Below, piece after piece: positions 38,601 through 53,040 of a stretch of 64,000 nt of DNA; positions within the stretch are counted from its first letter, which is position 1, and the number at the start of each line of letters is the position of its first letter. The DNA lies in NCBI GenBank assembly GCA_038087875.1, contig CM075998.1, forward strand, positions 4,652,001 to 4,716,000. Reading direction: 5' to 3'. The DNA is from Malacoraja senta (taxonomy: Eukaryota). The position numbers were made by a program, and so were the translations under genes. The notes below the pieces were generated by a model that saw only the letters and a program-made list of their open reading frames with translations, did not search any database and had not been told where the DNA came from.

Positions 38601-39944
38601 AGGCAATTTATGCACTTATTCTCTGGAAGCAAGTAATATTGTTTCATACTCAGGAAACCGCATTCCCTTCAGGTTTAAAAGAAATAGAAATGTTTAAAGA
38701 TATCTGTTTTTGACCATTGTGGTATATTTGCCACAATGTGGTATACTGTGCTGAATCTAGACTCGGGGAGTTGAAAATGTACAAATAGGTTCCCTGGTGA
38801 TCTGAATCTTACTAATTTGCAAAAAGACAATCCTTTCCAGCCAGTGTCTCTAAGTGGCTGATGCTTATATGGGTGTCCTGCATCTGCTCTAAACTTTATT
38901 TTTTAAATCAATTACAAATGATAGATGTATTGATTCTTACTGCCTTAAATATTGTAAAGGGAATCTGAAATGAAATAGGAGATTGAATAGTACGTATGAA
39001 TGGCATTAAGAGATTGCATTTACTTAAATGAAGCAGCATTTATCAACAAATAGGCAATTTTTAAAAACGCATTATCAAGATAAAAATCTTTTGAGTTTGA
39101 TAAATAATTCAAATATGTGTAATACAACTCCGGAGAAATGGTAATTAATTATTGGGTGAAAGCAGTTGCTGGTATGTACATCACACTGGAGCTGTTTATC
39201 ATTCTTGCAAAGGTATGCTGTGGGCAGGATTTGTTTCTTTTATGTGGTTCCTGTAACTAACCAAACCAAAAGGCAGGGAAACTGGTTTCTTTATTTCCAA
39301 TGCAGCATGTTTTATGATAAGCTCTGGTGCCTGTATTTTAATGGACACAAATTCAATCCCATCTCAATGAAAATAGTTTTCCTCTGGCATGAAATGCAGT
39401 GGTGACTATTTTCTGATCATTTGCAAGAATTCAATTGGCTTATCCAGCTCTGATTCGTACCTGTGCCTCTGACAAGATTTACGCAGTACAGTCACACACA
39501 AGATGATATTGTTCCATATGCAGTGCTCCTTTTTTTTTTGACTGATTGTAATTGTTCTAGTCACCATTCCCCCTGAATCTTATATTGCACCAATCCCCAC
39601 CCCCCCCCCCCCCCCACGCCACTCCCTCGTCTCACTACAGATCTCACCTCAAGACCAAGACTGCAATCTCCCTGTCACCAACCCACCCTTCCCCAATTGA
39701 CCTGACCACCCTCTCAATCTTTGTCCTCACCGATCACCACTGTTGGTGGCCTGCTGCTGGATTCACATGAATTTCTGGGCCATAGTTAGCCAAATTTCAG
39801 TACAAAATGGCGGGGAGACCTGTGTGAGCTATCTGATACCAGCCGAGAATAAATTGTTACTTTTTCATCCAACGTGCATTATACCTGGAACCGAAATTTC
39901 TGGGTTGGGAGAAATGAACTTACTAAATAGATATAAGGAAAGTA

Positions 39945-40070
39945 AATTTGTATTTTGTAAATGTACAGTTTTATCTTGTACAAAAAAGAAAGGTATATTT
40001 TCTAGAGGGTTGTTCTTATTGGAAAAATAAGAGAGTTTTATATTGATGACAGTAAAATAATAAATTTTAT
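39945..40070 (+). terminator. Candidate VDR polyadenylation region
   Basis: Cluster of TGTA motifs (39950-39981) followed by AATAAA at 40059-40064 in AT-rich sequence. Confidence 0.4.
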
Positions 40071-40189
40071 TCCCACCTCCAAAAGCTACAACGGCTCTGT
40101 TTGTGAGCTCGGTCCTGTAGATGTAAAAATATAGAATGTTTTTCCTGATTTAGAAGAAAGAGGCTTGTTCAAGGTATATGTAAATAGCT

Positions 40190-40398
40190 GGTAGACAAAA
40201 ATGCTGGAGAAACTCAGCGGGTGAGGCAGTATCTGCAGTTCCTTCTTAAACATTTTGTCTACTCCACTGCGAAATCTCCTCAAGGTATGCCTACTTTGAA
40301 GAAGTTCTCCTCCTTAGATGCTGCCTCACCCGCTGAGTTTCTCCAGCATTTTTGTCGACCTTCGATTTTCCAGCATCTGCAGTTCCTTCTTAAACATG
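40190..40398. mobile_element. Penelope-derived insertion
   Basis: Same family; 11-bp TSD TGTAAATAGCT. Confidence 0.78.
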
Positions 40399-42069
40399 TG
40401 TAAATAGCTTCCTGCTGCACTATTCGGGGCTTGCTTAACCACAAAGTTATTGGTTTATGCTGAGGATGGGCAAATCTGCAGTTAATGTGAAGTGGTGCTT
40501 TTCCTTTAATGGTCATATGTAGATGCATCTGTTCCTAATGAGCTAACTATGATCTGCCCTCTGTATGTATCCTTTCCTGCCCTTCTCCCAAATGTTCAAC
40601 AAATGTGTCTTTATTTTAAAAAAATAAGAGAATTTTATATTCCATTTTAAAACTCGGGAACTACGCAAGTTCTTTTCATATCTTGCGTCAGTTGAGACAA
40701 AGTAGGACTTTAAAATTGGCTCCTCTGCACAATGTTCCAGATGAGTTGTTCTGCCAGGGGCTTTTTTAATGTTAGTCCTTTGAGGGATACCTATATTGCT
40801 TCATTCCACATTCTCCAGCCATCACATCAATTCAGCCCAGCTCAATGAGTTCTGAAGAAACCATATTCTGTGCATGCATGTTAAAGAAATGCTGTAGCTT
40901 AAACTCAGGGTAAATAGGAGACTCATTCAAATTAGTGTAAGATTGTGTTCAGAGTGTGTAATGTGGGGAAGAGATTTCCTGGGATTGCGGGAGGCTAAAA
41001 TTCTGAAATCATTTAAGAAGCAGTTGCAATGTGCATTGGGGATAATTTTGAGTCTTTTTGCGTAAATAATTTTTAAAAAGTCAAATTGCATTCCTCGTCT
41101 CGAAGTATCCTGTTATATTGTAGACATACGCAGAATTTTTTCAGCGCTTCCAGTTACTGTTACTCGTTCATTGATCCTTGCATAGGCTGTCTTTTTCAAC
41201 ATTTAGAACAAATCCTAGCCTCACTCTAGGAATAATTGACCTCTGGACAAAATAAACAATAGTCTATTCATTTACAAAGTGCTGGAGGAACTCAGCAGGT
41301 CGGGCAGCATCAGTGGAGGGAATGGCCATGTGATGTTTTGGGTCCCGATCCGAAACGCCGTCTGTCTATTCCCTCCACAGATGCTGCCCGACCCACTGAG
41401 TTCCTCCAGCACTTTGTGCTTTGCTCGACATTTCAGCACGCACAACTCCTTGTGTTTCTATTAATTTACTTTGCCATGTGCTCATTTTTTCCATGTGTCC
41501 TTAACTGAGCTTTGACCTAAAGTTACCTCCCAGTTTATATGAATGGAAAAATATATTTTACGTTTTGCCATTGCCATGTAAGTCAGAACTAGCTTCTCAC
41601 TTTATCTGAGTGAATACTCACAACGTCCTCAGTTCTGTATCATGCACTTAGTAATATGGGCATGTTTGATGTATTTAATACCTGTTGCATAAAGACGAGG
41701 AAAACCAGTAACTAAGAAGAGGATGGAATTTGTCATTGAAGAGAAGCTCAGGTGCCATCTTAAGGAACATTTCATTTGTTTCATGCTGTTTCCTGTCGTC
41801 TGTCAGGTTCCCATTCTGATGTAACGCTGAACATGATGCAATCATCATACATTCACTAAACGATCATGAACATTTTGTGAATTGATTAACTGTCATCCAA
41901 TGCAATGTCTTTGTAAATTCATACTCCCAACTTGTACTTTGGCTATTTCACGAGAGAAATTCACTTGCTTTTTCTCTTCAACTTTGTACTGATTTGAAGA
42001 ATGTATAGTATGACTGACTACATGAAGAATGTAGTTTAGTTTAGAGATAGGTGCGGAAACAGGCCCAAA

Positions 42070-42322
42070 GGAAAAAGGCGGAGGAGCTGTCCCCTCCCCT
42101 TCATCAGCCCTCTGGTTGTCTCCTCCCCTCCCCCAGCCCTCAGGCTCCTCCTCTGCCTTTTTCCTTTTTTCCTTTCTTCTCCCCACCCCCTATCAGTCTG
42201 AAGAAGGGTTTCGGCCCGAAACGTTGCCTATTTCCTTCGCTCCATAGATGCTGCTGCACCCGCTGAGTTTCTCCAGCATTTTTGTGTACCTTCGATTTTC
42301 CAGCATCTGCAGTTCCTTCTTT
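42070..42322 (+). mobile_element. Penelope-derived 3' fragment with an intact hammerhead-like core
   Basis: Pyrimidine-rich leader, then CTGAAGA-A-GGGT-TTCG-GCCC-GAAACGTT (42198-42225) and the family 3' arm. Confidence 0.75.
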
Positions 42323-44423
42323 AACCTACAAACCTGTACGTCTTTGGAATGTGGTTACAATGCAGTTTCTGGAATTTTATACCAGAGTGGAAAATGCATT
42401 ACTTAGCCCACTTATAATGTAAGATCTATTAAAGATAAATGATCGCTGCAGAACCTATTAAACTAGAATTATACTCATACATAAGTATGTGGAACATGTA
42501 GATCACATCCTACTGAATAGATATTTTGCCCTTTTGGGGAGGGGGTTCGGGAATATGTTTTTCGTTATTGATCTATCATCTGCATTGCTGAAGACAGAAA
42601 GCCTCAGCTTCCAATTATGCACATTCTTCATCATAAAATATTAAATATTTACCTTTGATATTAAGCTCAACAAATATATTGTGCATTTTTATTGATGGTG
42701 AGTGCATCTCTTGGTTTTGCACTCATTAGGTGCTCCAGAGGGGAAGGTTTTAGGACAGTACTATGATATGTGAGAAAGATTCACAGTGCTCCCAGATATA
42801 TTGTGACAAGTGCCCTGATTTAACCATTATGTGTGGAATGTTGAGGTGTTTCCTACAATCAACCTCACCCATATACTGTTAGATGCCAAAATTGCATTAA
42901 ATTGTTGGCACATATGCAAACTAAACCTCATATTCTTCTCTGAGAGCATTTTGTCTGCACTATCTGCCATCTTAACTATCTTAACTAGACTTTGGCTAAG
43001 CAGTACAGTTTTATTTCTTTCCAGCTCTGCAACTGACCAAGCCTGTCTGTTATCATGGAACTAATTCAGATGGTTCAGGTCAGATAGGTATAGGATATTC
43101 TGTGGCCATTGCAAAAACAAAAGAGCAGTGTCTGTGGCCTGGGCTACATTTATTTCTCCATCAATATTATGAAAGCACAGATTACCTAAATATGTATTCC
43201 TTTTCCCTTTGTTGAATTGAATTGTTATATCTATCTATGCGACTATGGTTCAAAATTAGCTCCTTAACTGTGGAGTGCTTTGCGTCATTTTGCTGCATAT
43301 TTCAGTTGTGCTTAGAAAGCTGCCACCCAGAAGCATGGCTGGTTCTGGGGAGATTGTGGACAAGGAATGGGCCATTAGGTTGGCACAGAATCAGGACCAG
43401 GGCAAGCTAGGTGAGAAAAATAAGTGATCAGAACTGGGGAAGGCATACAAGAAAGATGAAGGGATTGGGAAGAGAAACTGCTGCAAAGAATGGAGCTGTT
43501 TGGGGAGAGACAGCAAGAACGATGAAGTCTGGGAGGGGTGGGATGAAGATCAGACCCTGCATGATGGGCCTGGGCCTAAGGAGGACTAGAGTGAGATTTG
43601 GGGATGGTGAAGAGCTCAATGCGTAGTTAGATAATGAGGATAACCAAGAGGATGAAAATGTTGGAAATTACAAGCGTCCCAATGCAGAGTTGCACTGGTA
43701 AAATCCAGTTGTCCCAGAGTGCTGGACATTGGTGGCTCCTGGAACAATTTGATCCAAGTTCCCTCGCCATGCTCCAAAAGGGAAATTGATATTCATCCTC
43801 TGGACAACTGCCGTGGCAACGTGCTCAGTTCAATTTCCAGTCTTTCAAAAACTACTCAGAAACTACTGATATCGCAATTTATTCTGAGTAGAGTCAATTT
43901 TCAAATGCATAATGCTGAAAAAATGTCCAAATTGTAATCCCTTTCTGATCTTTCATGCACACTTAATGCAGGATCACTGACAGTTACAGGCTTTAACTTG
44001 ATCTTGATTCATTTGTTAACACACAGACAGCACCGGGGGTCAGGATTGAATCCGGATCACTGGAGTCATGAGGCAGCAGCTCCACTGTGCTGCCCAGGCT
44101 GTTCCACAGTGCCACCAAGTGTTATTTTTTTTTTCAAATGAAATGGTACGTTTTTAAATACTGTTGTTGAACAAATTGTGCACACCTAAGATTGGGTCAG
44201 GATTTGAAGGCGTACTATTATGTATCTGCTCAAACTAAGAACTGACATGTGGTTACAAAAGTGGGAGTGTTGTGAGACTAGCATTTTCACCGTTGAAATA
44301 ATGCAATCTTTGTAGTTTCAGTGAAACTTTGTACGCATAGCGACTCAATGAGGATATGTTTTACAAATGATTTTAAGGTCGATTCTCACCACAGGAGATT
44401 CACCCAGATCACTTGATCATGAA

Positions 44424-44673
44424 GTGTGTAGGAAGGAACTGCAGATGCTGGTTTACAGCGAAGATAGACACAAAATGCTGGAGTAACTCAGCAGGCAAGG
44501 CAGCATCTCTGGAGAAAAGGAATAGGTGACGTTTTGGGTCGAGACCCTTCGTCAGATGAATCGGATCTGATGACCCATCAGATGAAGGGTCTCGACCTGA
44601 AACGTCACTTAATCCTTTTCTTCAGAGATGCTGCCTGACCTGCTGCGTTACACCAGCATTTTGTGACTATCAT
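44424..44673. mobile_element. Penelope-derived palindromic insertion
   Basis: Inverted arms; TSD TTGATCATGAA (44413-44423, 44674-44684). Confidence 0.75.
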
Positions 44674-45660
44674 TTGATCATGAATCCTGGTGGCACAGAG
44701 GACTTGTTTTCTATGTTGGTCACGTATATAATCACATGACTCATCAATTGTCCTTTGGACTGCTGCCAGAAGAAATTACTCAGCGTGATTCTGAAGTGAA
44801 CCGATCCTCATTCAGTACTCTCAACCTGATTAGGTTTTAACAAAGTGCTGAAGTAACTCAGCGGGTCAGGTAGCGTCTGTGTAGGGGAATGGACATATGA
44901 TGTTTCAGATTGGGACCCTTTTTCAGATACATGTCTCCAGGTTTTAATTGCACTGCTTCCATTGCAGGACCCAGTTTGGCACTGAGAACCTGACTCGGGT
45001 GGTTCCTTTACTTCCTGTTATTCATCGCTCACCATTCTCACCACATCATCTCCTTCCCCCTATCCCCCACTCCAACTCTGCACCAATTCCAACTCTCTGA
45101 TTGCAGGCCCCGACTAATTCTCCTTCCCCCCACCTCCCAACTGTGGACCCAGACTCTAATGATTCCAGTGACTCCTTGCCCTACTTAGTTCATCAATCGC
45201 ACATCCCAGCTAACTGCCCCTGATGCACTGATCACAAGGCCTTCATCTTTCACCCACCCCACTCCTGTCTATTTACTGAAAATCAAATAGTCAGTCAAAT
45301 GCTGAAGAAGTAGACCCAATCTGACGTTAGGCTGTCAGAAGGCTTGTGCTACCACAAACTCTTCAATCTTCCTGTCTCAAACAAAATATTTGAATGAATT
45401 AAAAATGCTGATGATTGTTCAAAAATAAAGATGTCATCCTGAAGAATGTGGAACTGTTAGAAGATGCTATGTGAAGTTAGTAACATAAACTGTAATATTA
45501 GACTGATACATACCTCACAGCATTCACTCAATTCCTTAAAGTTTTCATTGCAATGTGTTCTAATAAGGATGGCACACAGGCGTCTATCTTAACATTCATT
45601 TGGAATACAATCTGATAAAAGATCACTTGCCACCCATTCCCTCAAAGTTTCGACAAGGCT

Positions 45661-46281
45661 ATATAGAAACATAGAAAATAGGTGCAGGAGTAGGCCATTC
45701 GGCCCTTCGAGCCTGCACCGCCATTCAATATGATCATGGCTGATCATCCAACTCGGGTATCCTGTACCTGCCTTCTCTCCATACCCCCTGATCCCTTTAG
45801 CCACAAGGGCCACATCTAACTCCCTCTTAAATATTGCCAATGAACTGGCCTCAACTACATTCTGTGGCAGAGAGTTCCAGAGATTCACCACTCTCTGTGT
45901 AAAAAATGTTTTTCTCATCTCGGTCCTAAAAGATTTCCCCTTTATCCTTAAACTGTGACCCCTTGTTCTGGATGTCCCCAACATCGGGAACATTCTTCCT
46001 GCATCCAGCCTGTCGAACCCCTTAAGAATTTTGTAAGTTTCTATAAGATCCCCCCTCAATCTTCTAAATTCTAGCGAGTACAAGCCGAGTCTATCCAGAC
46101 TTTCTTCATATGAAAGTCCTGACATCCCAGGAATCAGTCTGGTGAACCTTCCCTGTACTCCCTCTATGGCAAGAATGTCCTTCCTCAGATTAGGAGACCA
46201 AAACTGTACGCAATACTCCAGGTGTGGTCTCACCAAGACCCTGTACAACTGCAGTAGAACCTCCCTGCTCCTATACTCAAA
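45661..46281 (-). mobile_element. CR1 LINE 3' fragment
   Basis: ORF 45589-46353 with LYRVLVRPHLEYCVQFWSP...RTRGHSLRI; CR1 tail. Confidence 0.93.
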
Positions 46282-47895
46282 TTTTACTGCTATATTACAT
46301 GTTTGAGTTTTAAATGTATTTGTTCTGGGCACTATATATAAATGAGTTGCCATAGTTGAATCTAAATCATTTTAAGCATTGCTGTAGTTTAATGCTTATG
46401 GAAGGAGAACTTGCTCCATGGGTACATGCCCTGAAGATCATGAGACTGTTCATACAAAGTAAGAAAAAAGATGATTATCAACCTGAAAAACAACTCTTGA
46501 GTAATAACTGTATATAAGAGAAAGAAAATTGCTGCAAAGCACTCTTTAATTTGTGTCGTAGATATGTTATGCTAATGCACTTTAAATAGGAAACTGAAAA
46601 AAAATCTATTGTAATCCGTATAAAGTTAATTGATTTAATACTATTCAATCTGTGTTCAATAATGTCAAGCTGGTTGATGATGTACAAACACTACAATGGT
46701 CATAAGCCATCAATGTTCAGTTTTATAGGTTTCTTTGATTTCAAGTATATGTTAAAATGTGTTTGAGTAAGTTGACAATCACATCCAGCAAATAGACATT
46801 CAGTTTATTAACAGGTGAAAAAAAACCTTGAAACTAAATGCTCGGAGAAACAAATATAATGAACTCAACTTGACTGAAGAGTTGCATTTGAAAATAAGGT
46901 GGATTTCACTGCTATATTACTAAAGTGGCTTTTGAGGGTGATATTCTATTTACTGGTGTCAACTGCTAATGTAAGTAGGGGGAGGGATGCGGTGGTAATG
47001 TGTAACGTGCAAAGTATCATTCATAGAATTTTATATAGGTAAATTAGGTAAAGACTTTTATGTGCCGTTTTAACATAATAATTACTCCTTTCACAATGTT
47101 GCCTTAAATGAAAGAAAGTAACGTTTGAACACTGACTGGGGAAGACAAAGCTTTGCGTAATTCTGCAAAGAGCTTGAGATGAGATGGCAATCTTCTGATG
47201 TTTAAAGAAAATCAAAATGGATATACCAATCAAGTTGTTTGATTTCTTTGCTTTGACTAAGCTGGACTTGTTGAGTATATATATTTTAAATATTCCCAAT
47301 TGTGTTCCTTGGGACCTGTCCTTGTTTTATTTTAAAAGCTATATGTATAGTCAGAGAGATCTTGGACGGAATCGTTAATCAGGTCAATCTAATATGGTTC
47401 CATCCCTATGGTGCATCCACATCAAGCTAAGATTGAAAAGTTATAAGTCTGATAGTTATTCTCTTGCCTTATTATTGATCCTTAGTAAATTCTAATTTGC
47501 CAACAAGAATTAGTGCAGATTTGTATTGAATTAACCTGAAATTTCCAGTCTCTTGATGTTAAATTTTTTTTTTTTTAAAGCACTAGAGAAAATGTTTGGA
47601 AATTAACATTTGGTGTAGAAAATGAAAGCAACAGTATACAAACCCATTCATTGCCATCAGAGGCAATCTATGAAGTCTGTGTTTAAAGTTTAAACTAACT
47701 CTTGTGTATGTTTAAAATAAAGTCCATTGGGATTGAGGGGTAACGAACATCACAAACAAAGATTATACATTGGGAGGGAGACTGAAATAACAGATTTGAC
47801 TTGTGTTTTTGGTGGGATAATTTGGTGATGTGCCCGTCACACTATTGAATGTGAAATATTTTGGTAAACGTCTATAGAAATATTTTTCCCTTTTA

Positions 47896-48221
47896 TTTTA
47901 GTTTTTTTTAGTTTAGTTTAGAAATACAGTGCGGAAACAGGCCCTTCGGCCTACCAGGTCGGCGCCGACCAGCGATCCCCGCATATTAACACTCTCCTAC
48001 ACACACCAGGGACAATTTTCACATTTACCAAGCCAATTTACCTACATACCTGTACGTCTCTGGATGTGTGGGAGGAAACCGAAGATCTCGGAGAAAACCC
48101 ACGCAGGCCACAGGGTACATGTGCAAACTCCATACAGACAGCACCCGTCGTCGGGGTCGAACCCGGGTCTCCGGCGCTGCAAGCGCTGTAAGGCAGCAAC
48201 TCTACCGCTGCGCCACCGTGA
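47896..48221 (-). mobile_element. V-SINE (HE1-like), young CpG-intact copy
   Basis: Minus strand CACGGTGGCGCAGCGGTAGAG...GGGTTCGACCCCG, full body and tail. Confidence 0.85.
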
Positions 48222-51200
48222 CAATATTCAAATGTCAAATAATAAGTCAAAATATTTTTTATATTTCTTCAATTATTTTTCTTTGCTGTAAACCTAAAGT
48301 TGTTAGAAATTGTGATAAAAATGTGAATTTCTGTTCTAGTGGATTAGTAGTCCTGGTATTTCCTCATTTCTTAATCCAGGGGCTCATGAATTGGAATGGG
48401 AATAGTCTGCTATTCCAGTGTACCTGCCTGCCCTAACATGAGCTTCATCTGTTTTCATCAATCTACATCATAAAGCATTCATCCTCTGAATATTTCCGCT
48501 TTATCCGTGGACATCGAGAGCTAGCAAATTCCAAAATTAAGCTGTGGCCACTGCAGTGAGTTTTAAAGCATAATTTGCTTGTCTGACCTGATCAATTACA
48601 GTGTTTGATTTTAAAGATTGTTGAAATCAGTGTTCCTGAAACATTGAAATTGATGACATTATTCTTGGTCACAAGGAAGCCCCACCAATGAATTTCCCAA
48701 CAAGCTACCAACAAAGATACTTCTTTATGTATGCCCTATATACATCAAAAAAATGTTCTGCTATACTTAGATGGCTTCCGATTAGTTTGAGAAGATGCTT
48801 GTAAAACCATGAAGTCTGGAAAAACACCAGTCTGTAAGCTTTTACATGTATCCAGTATCAGTGCAAATGTGTAGGAAAGAACTGCACATGCTTGTTTAAA
48901 TCGAAGGTAGTCACAAAAAGCTGGAGTAACTCAGCGGGACAGGCAGCATCTCTGGAGAGAAGGAATGGGTGACGTTTCGGGTCGAGAGTCTGATGAAGGG
49001 TCTCCAGCATTTTAGCTGCAACTGAGTTACTCCAGCATTTTGTGTCGACCTTCATTGGAAATGTTGCTTTTGCAGGGAAGAGACAAAGACAAACAGAAAG
49101 AGGTAGCATGTAATTTAAACTGCAGCACACTCTATCCACTGCCGGTCACATGTAAGTGTTCAGGAAATATGCTATCATCATGTTCTGCAGAATTTGATTG
49201 TTCAGCTTAAAACTCAAAATTGCATGCAATTTCTACAGTCCATGAAGAGAGAGGTTGACCGAGAAGAATGTTAAAAAGCTGTGTGATAGATGCGATAAGA
49301 AGATGGATTTACCAGTAACCTACCTCACACATAATGTGAAGGATTTGGATATGTGCATATGTCAGCACTACCCATTGTGTACTGTTTGTAAATACACTGA
49401 CAAGCCATTATTAGCTACTTCATTGTACATACAAGCCTTTTGGTACATACCAAAAGATTATATGTACTTTCTGTGAGATAGGATTATTGACACCTCAGCT
49501 GCCATACCAAGGAGCGCTTTGGCAGTAAATGAGGCCTGCACAAATTGTGCAAGCTGAATGTTGAAAACCAAGCTCCTAAAACTCATCCAGCCCTGGAGCA
49601 ACATGATTCAGTATTGCCACTGATAAACAACTGTACCTTGTGGATTATTTGTTTGGTCTCTGTCTGAACATAACCATTGAATCCATGGATCTTATGTTTA
49701 ATATATGACTCGGAGAACCCACTGAACTCAGCTATTACTACAGGTGTTAACTTCAGCTACCTCTGGTTATTTCCAATCTTCATAAAGTAATAGTCTCTTT
49801 TTCAATGTCACATAACCCCTCGTGAGTTAGTTGTTAGTCCTTGTCTTAGATCTCTTTAGTTTCTCACAGTTGTTAGGTACTTTTGCAAACTGCACAAGTG
49901 ATCTCAAGTGAGTGTTAGTTACACCATTCTCTACATCCCAGTTGTTTTTGGCTTCTTCCTGTTCGCTGTTAATCTGTCAATTGTTAAGCATGTCATAGTC
50001 CATTATGAGTTTGCACTTTTAGGAAGGATAGGTAAAGTATACAATTCAGCGGAACGTTCTTTATAACGAGAAGCGATGGGCTATAACATCTTCAACTTGA
50101 GCCTAAATTCCCTAAAACTCAATTTAGAGTCTGAAAACAATCAGAAAAGTATGATGTTAAATGTTCCCTTCCTCCTAACATTATATTGTGAATTTTCATT
50201 GAAAGTAACCCAAGTTTACAGGATTTCATAAAATGTGATTCCGGTGCTTAAATAACTTAAACATTTGGAAAGAATGCATGGTGTTTGAATCATATTCAAA
50301 ATACCCAGTTCTCTCGAGCCTCTGAGAAATTAAACATTACCTCAGCATTAACTGATGGAGTTTATACCCTTTGCGGTCATTTATATTGAGGGAGATGCCA
50401 CATCATCAAACATGGAAGTATAATCAGGGAAAATCCTCAACCCTGATGGTTAATTGGATGAATAATTACATTGTACTGAGCCAAATAGACTAGGTTGAAA
50501 CCTTGGTCTCTGTTAAAGTAGCTGCACTCATCAGGAATAATTGTGACATCACTTCAATTGACCGTTGAGAAGGGCAATAAATTAGTTAGATTTCTGGTTC
50601 TTTAGTGTGTGTGAGAGTGAATGAGTGAGAGAGATGGGTGTGTGTATGTAAAGGATGAACTACCAAGATTCCCATTGTTGAATAGTCTACTGACACTGCA
50701 AACTTGTATAAAACGCCATTACAAGTTAGCACTTTCAGGAAGGGTGGGGGAAGGTGGTAATAGTTTCAGAATAATACTCAACAGAATGTTCTGAATACAA
50801 AGAATTGATGAGTTACAGCATCCTATTGATTTGTAATAGTGAGTCTGACATTAGCTTAAAGGTATAAATGCAAACGTTAGAGGCTTTTAAGCTCATAAGT
50901 ACTCCCTCGTCTGCAAATACAACATAAATTAAACAAAAACATTATCGTTTTCAAGTTTCAAAATCTCTCCTTGTGTATTCTCTATTGTTGTTTAGAAAAA
51001 AAAAATCAAAATAGTGTAGATGCTGGAAATCTGACTTAAAAATGGAAAATGCTGGGAGAAAGATCAGATGAAAATCTGTGGCGAGAATGTTCAAGACCAA
51101 TGACTTTATATCCCGTGTATTCTTCAGCATTGTCACTTTAACTTGCAAATGTTAGTTGTTAATACAATGTGTGAAGAAAGTTGATTCCCAGCACTCTGCA

Positions 51201-51584
51201 TTCGATGTTGCTTTTACATATTTCTTTCAAAAAAAAAGTTTTCAATTGATTGGTTTCTCACTTGAGTCCTCTCTGATTTGAGCCAAATTGGTTTTATTCA
51301 TTTTAAATTGTTTTGACAAAAAGTGTCTTTGTATTTCCTTCATGTTTTGTTTTACTTTATTGTATAAATAATTATTGTACAGAGAATGTAATTTGAAACT
51401 AGTAAAGATATATGAAATATATATCGGTCTCTGATTTGGATTTATTCATATTTTAAGGTTGCTTTTCCCTTCCTTTAGGTTTTCTTTACTTCCTATTTGG
51501 TCTGTTTGCAACAATGTTTAGCTTTGAGGACACTGTTTCTTGGTCTGTGGCAGCAAACCAGGAAAAGTCCTTGTTTTACACTTT

Positions 51585-51800
51585 AGGGCCTGTCCCACTT
51601 TCACGACCTAATTCACGACCTTTTTTACTCTGGACATTTTTCATCATGCTAGAAAAAACGCCCCGACCTACTTGATGCCACGAGTACCTACGACTAGCAT
51701 CACGGCCTGCCTACGACCTACCTACGACCTCGTGACGACCATGCTGCGAGTACGAGTCAAGGGCAAACTCGGCAGAGGTCGTGAAAGTGGGACAGGCCCT
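51585..51800. mobile_element. PIF/Harbinger-type MITE
   Basis: TIR AGGGCCTGTCCCACTTTCACGACCT; followed by TTA. Confidence 0.8.
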
Positions 51801-52109
51801 TTACTCTCACTGTTTTTAAATGCTCAGCCCACTGATCACTCAGCATTCCCAGCAAAGCTGGAGTCAAGATCGTCGAAAGAATTATATATACAGCTGATTC
51901 CTACCACTCTCAAGCACAACAATAATACTCAATGCATTGATTGAGCTTTTATTCCGGGGTTTTTTAATACTACCTGTCGCACTACATATTTCCCACCTTG
52001 CTGGTGTGTGTCATTATCACAATGTGAGAAATTTAGGGCTGAAAAGCTTTGCAGAGCTACTATCAATGGCAATCCATTCTTTCACAGAATGGAATAAGAC
52101 TGCATTCTC

Positions 52110-52555
52110 TTTAATAATAATAATAATATCTTTTATTGTCATTGCACAGAGTTATAACGAGATTTGGTATGCAGCTTCCATCCGATGTAATAAATTAATT
52201 AGCTAAAAATTTGGACACCCAGAGAAACAAGATTAAAAAAAAAAAAAAAAACACAGTTAAAGCAGTTTAAGGTGCAAATAGGTCTGTGCCGGGTCGATGT
52301 GCGACGTGACCATCCAAGGGAGACAGTTCATGGGGGGGGGGGCACTCAGCAGGGCCGGTTCAGAGCAGCTATAGCTCTGGGGATGAAGCTGTTCCTAAGT
52401 CTGGAAGTGTGGGCGTAGAAGGCCTTGTAACGTCTGCCGGATGGTAGAAGTTCGAACGGACTATTGCAAGGGTGTAAGGAGTCTTTATGAATGCTGATGG
52501 CCTTCCTGAGGCACCGTGTATTGTAGATGCCCTCCAAGGCTGGTAGCTGTGTCCC
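52110..52555 (-). mobile_element. Rex1-like LINE 3' end
   Basis: ORF 52346-52537 (FELLPSGRRY...TSRLRNSFIPRAI) and (TTA)n tail. Confidence 0.75.
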
Positions 52556-52579
52556 AGTTCTAGACCCAGTTAATATTTA

Positions 52580-53040
52580 GTTCTGGTGTCTACGTTGCAA
52601 GCGGGAAGCGAGTGGAGATTTCTAAGATCTTCGTAAACAAGATTATGTACTCCCTCTTCAGATCTTCAATGTTTACCGTGGTCAGCAGTTGGGTGTTCAT
52701 CATCTGTGTCCCCTGCCAGTCGTATGGTCTTCCTCTTGGTGACAGTCAACAGGAGGCAGTGGTCAAAGAAGAACACTGTTGTGATGTTGAGCACCTGACT
52801 GTGAGTGCTGGTCTCGACATCTGGTGAACATCTGCAGTGCTCCATCTGCAAGGTTACTGATGACAATACACAGCTCGTCACCTTTTACTGCTTCATCAGG
52901 ACTCTGCACTTGACATCCAGTTTGCAGTTAGTCCTGCCAGATCGTTCAGCCTTGTGGAGATACGGTTGGGATAATCAACCAGAACAATCGTCCTGGGGTC
53001 ACCAGAAGGGCCGCCACCTAGCATCCCTTCGCCCAGTGCA
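52580..53040 (-). mobile_element. Degenerate Tx1/L1 endonuclease-region fragment
   Basis: Minus-strand VFFFDHCLL (SDH-like motif) and MNTQLLTTVNIEDLKREY (WKLN..LL-like). Confidence 0.55.

Noticed and set aside
47896..48221. tRNA genes at A/B-box sequences
   Set aside because: Each tRNA-like head runs into a SINE body and LINE-type tail; no standalone cloverleaf with a terminator was seen.
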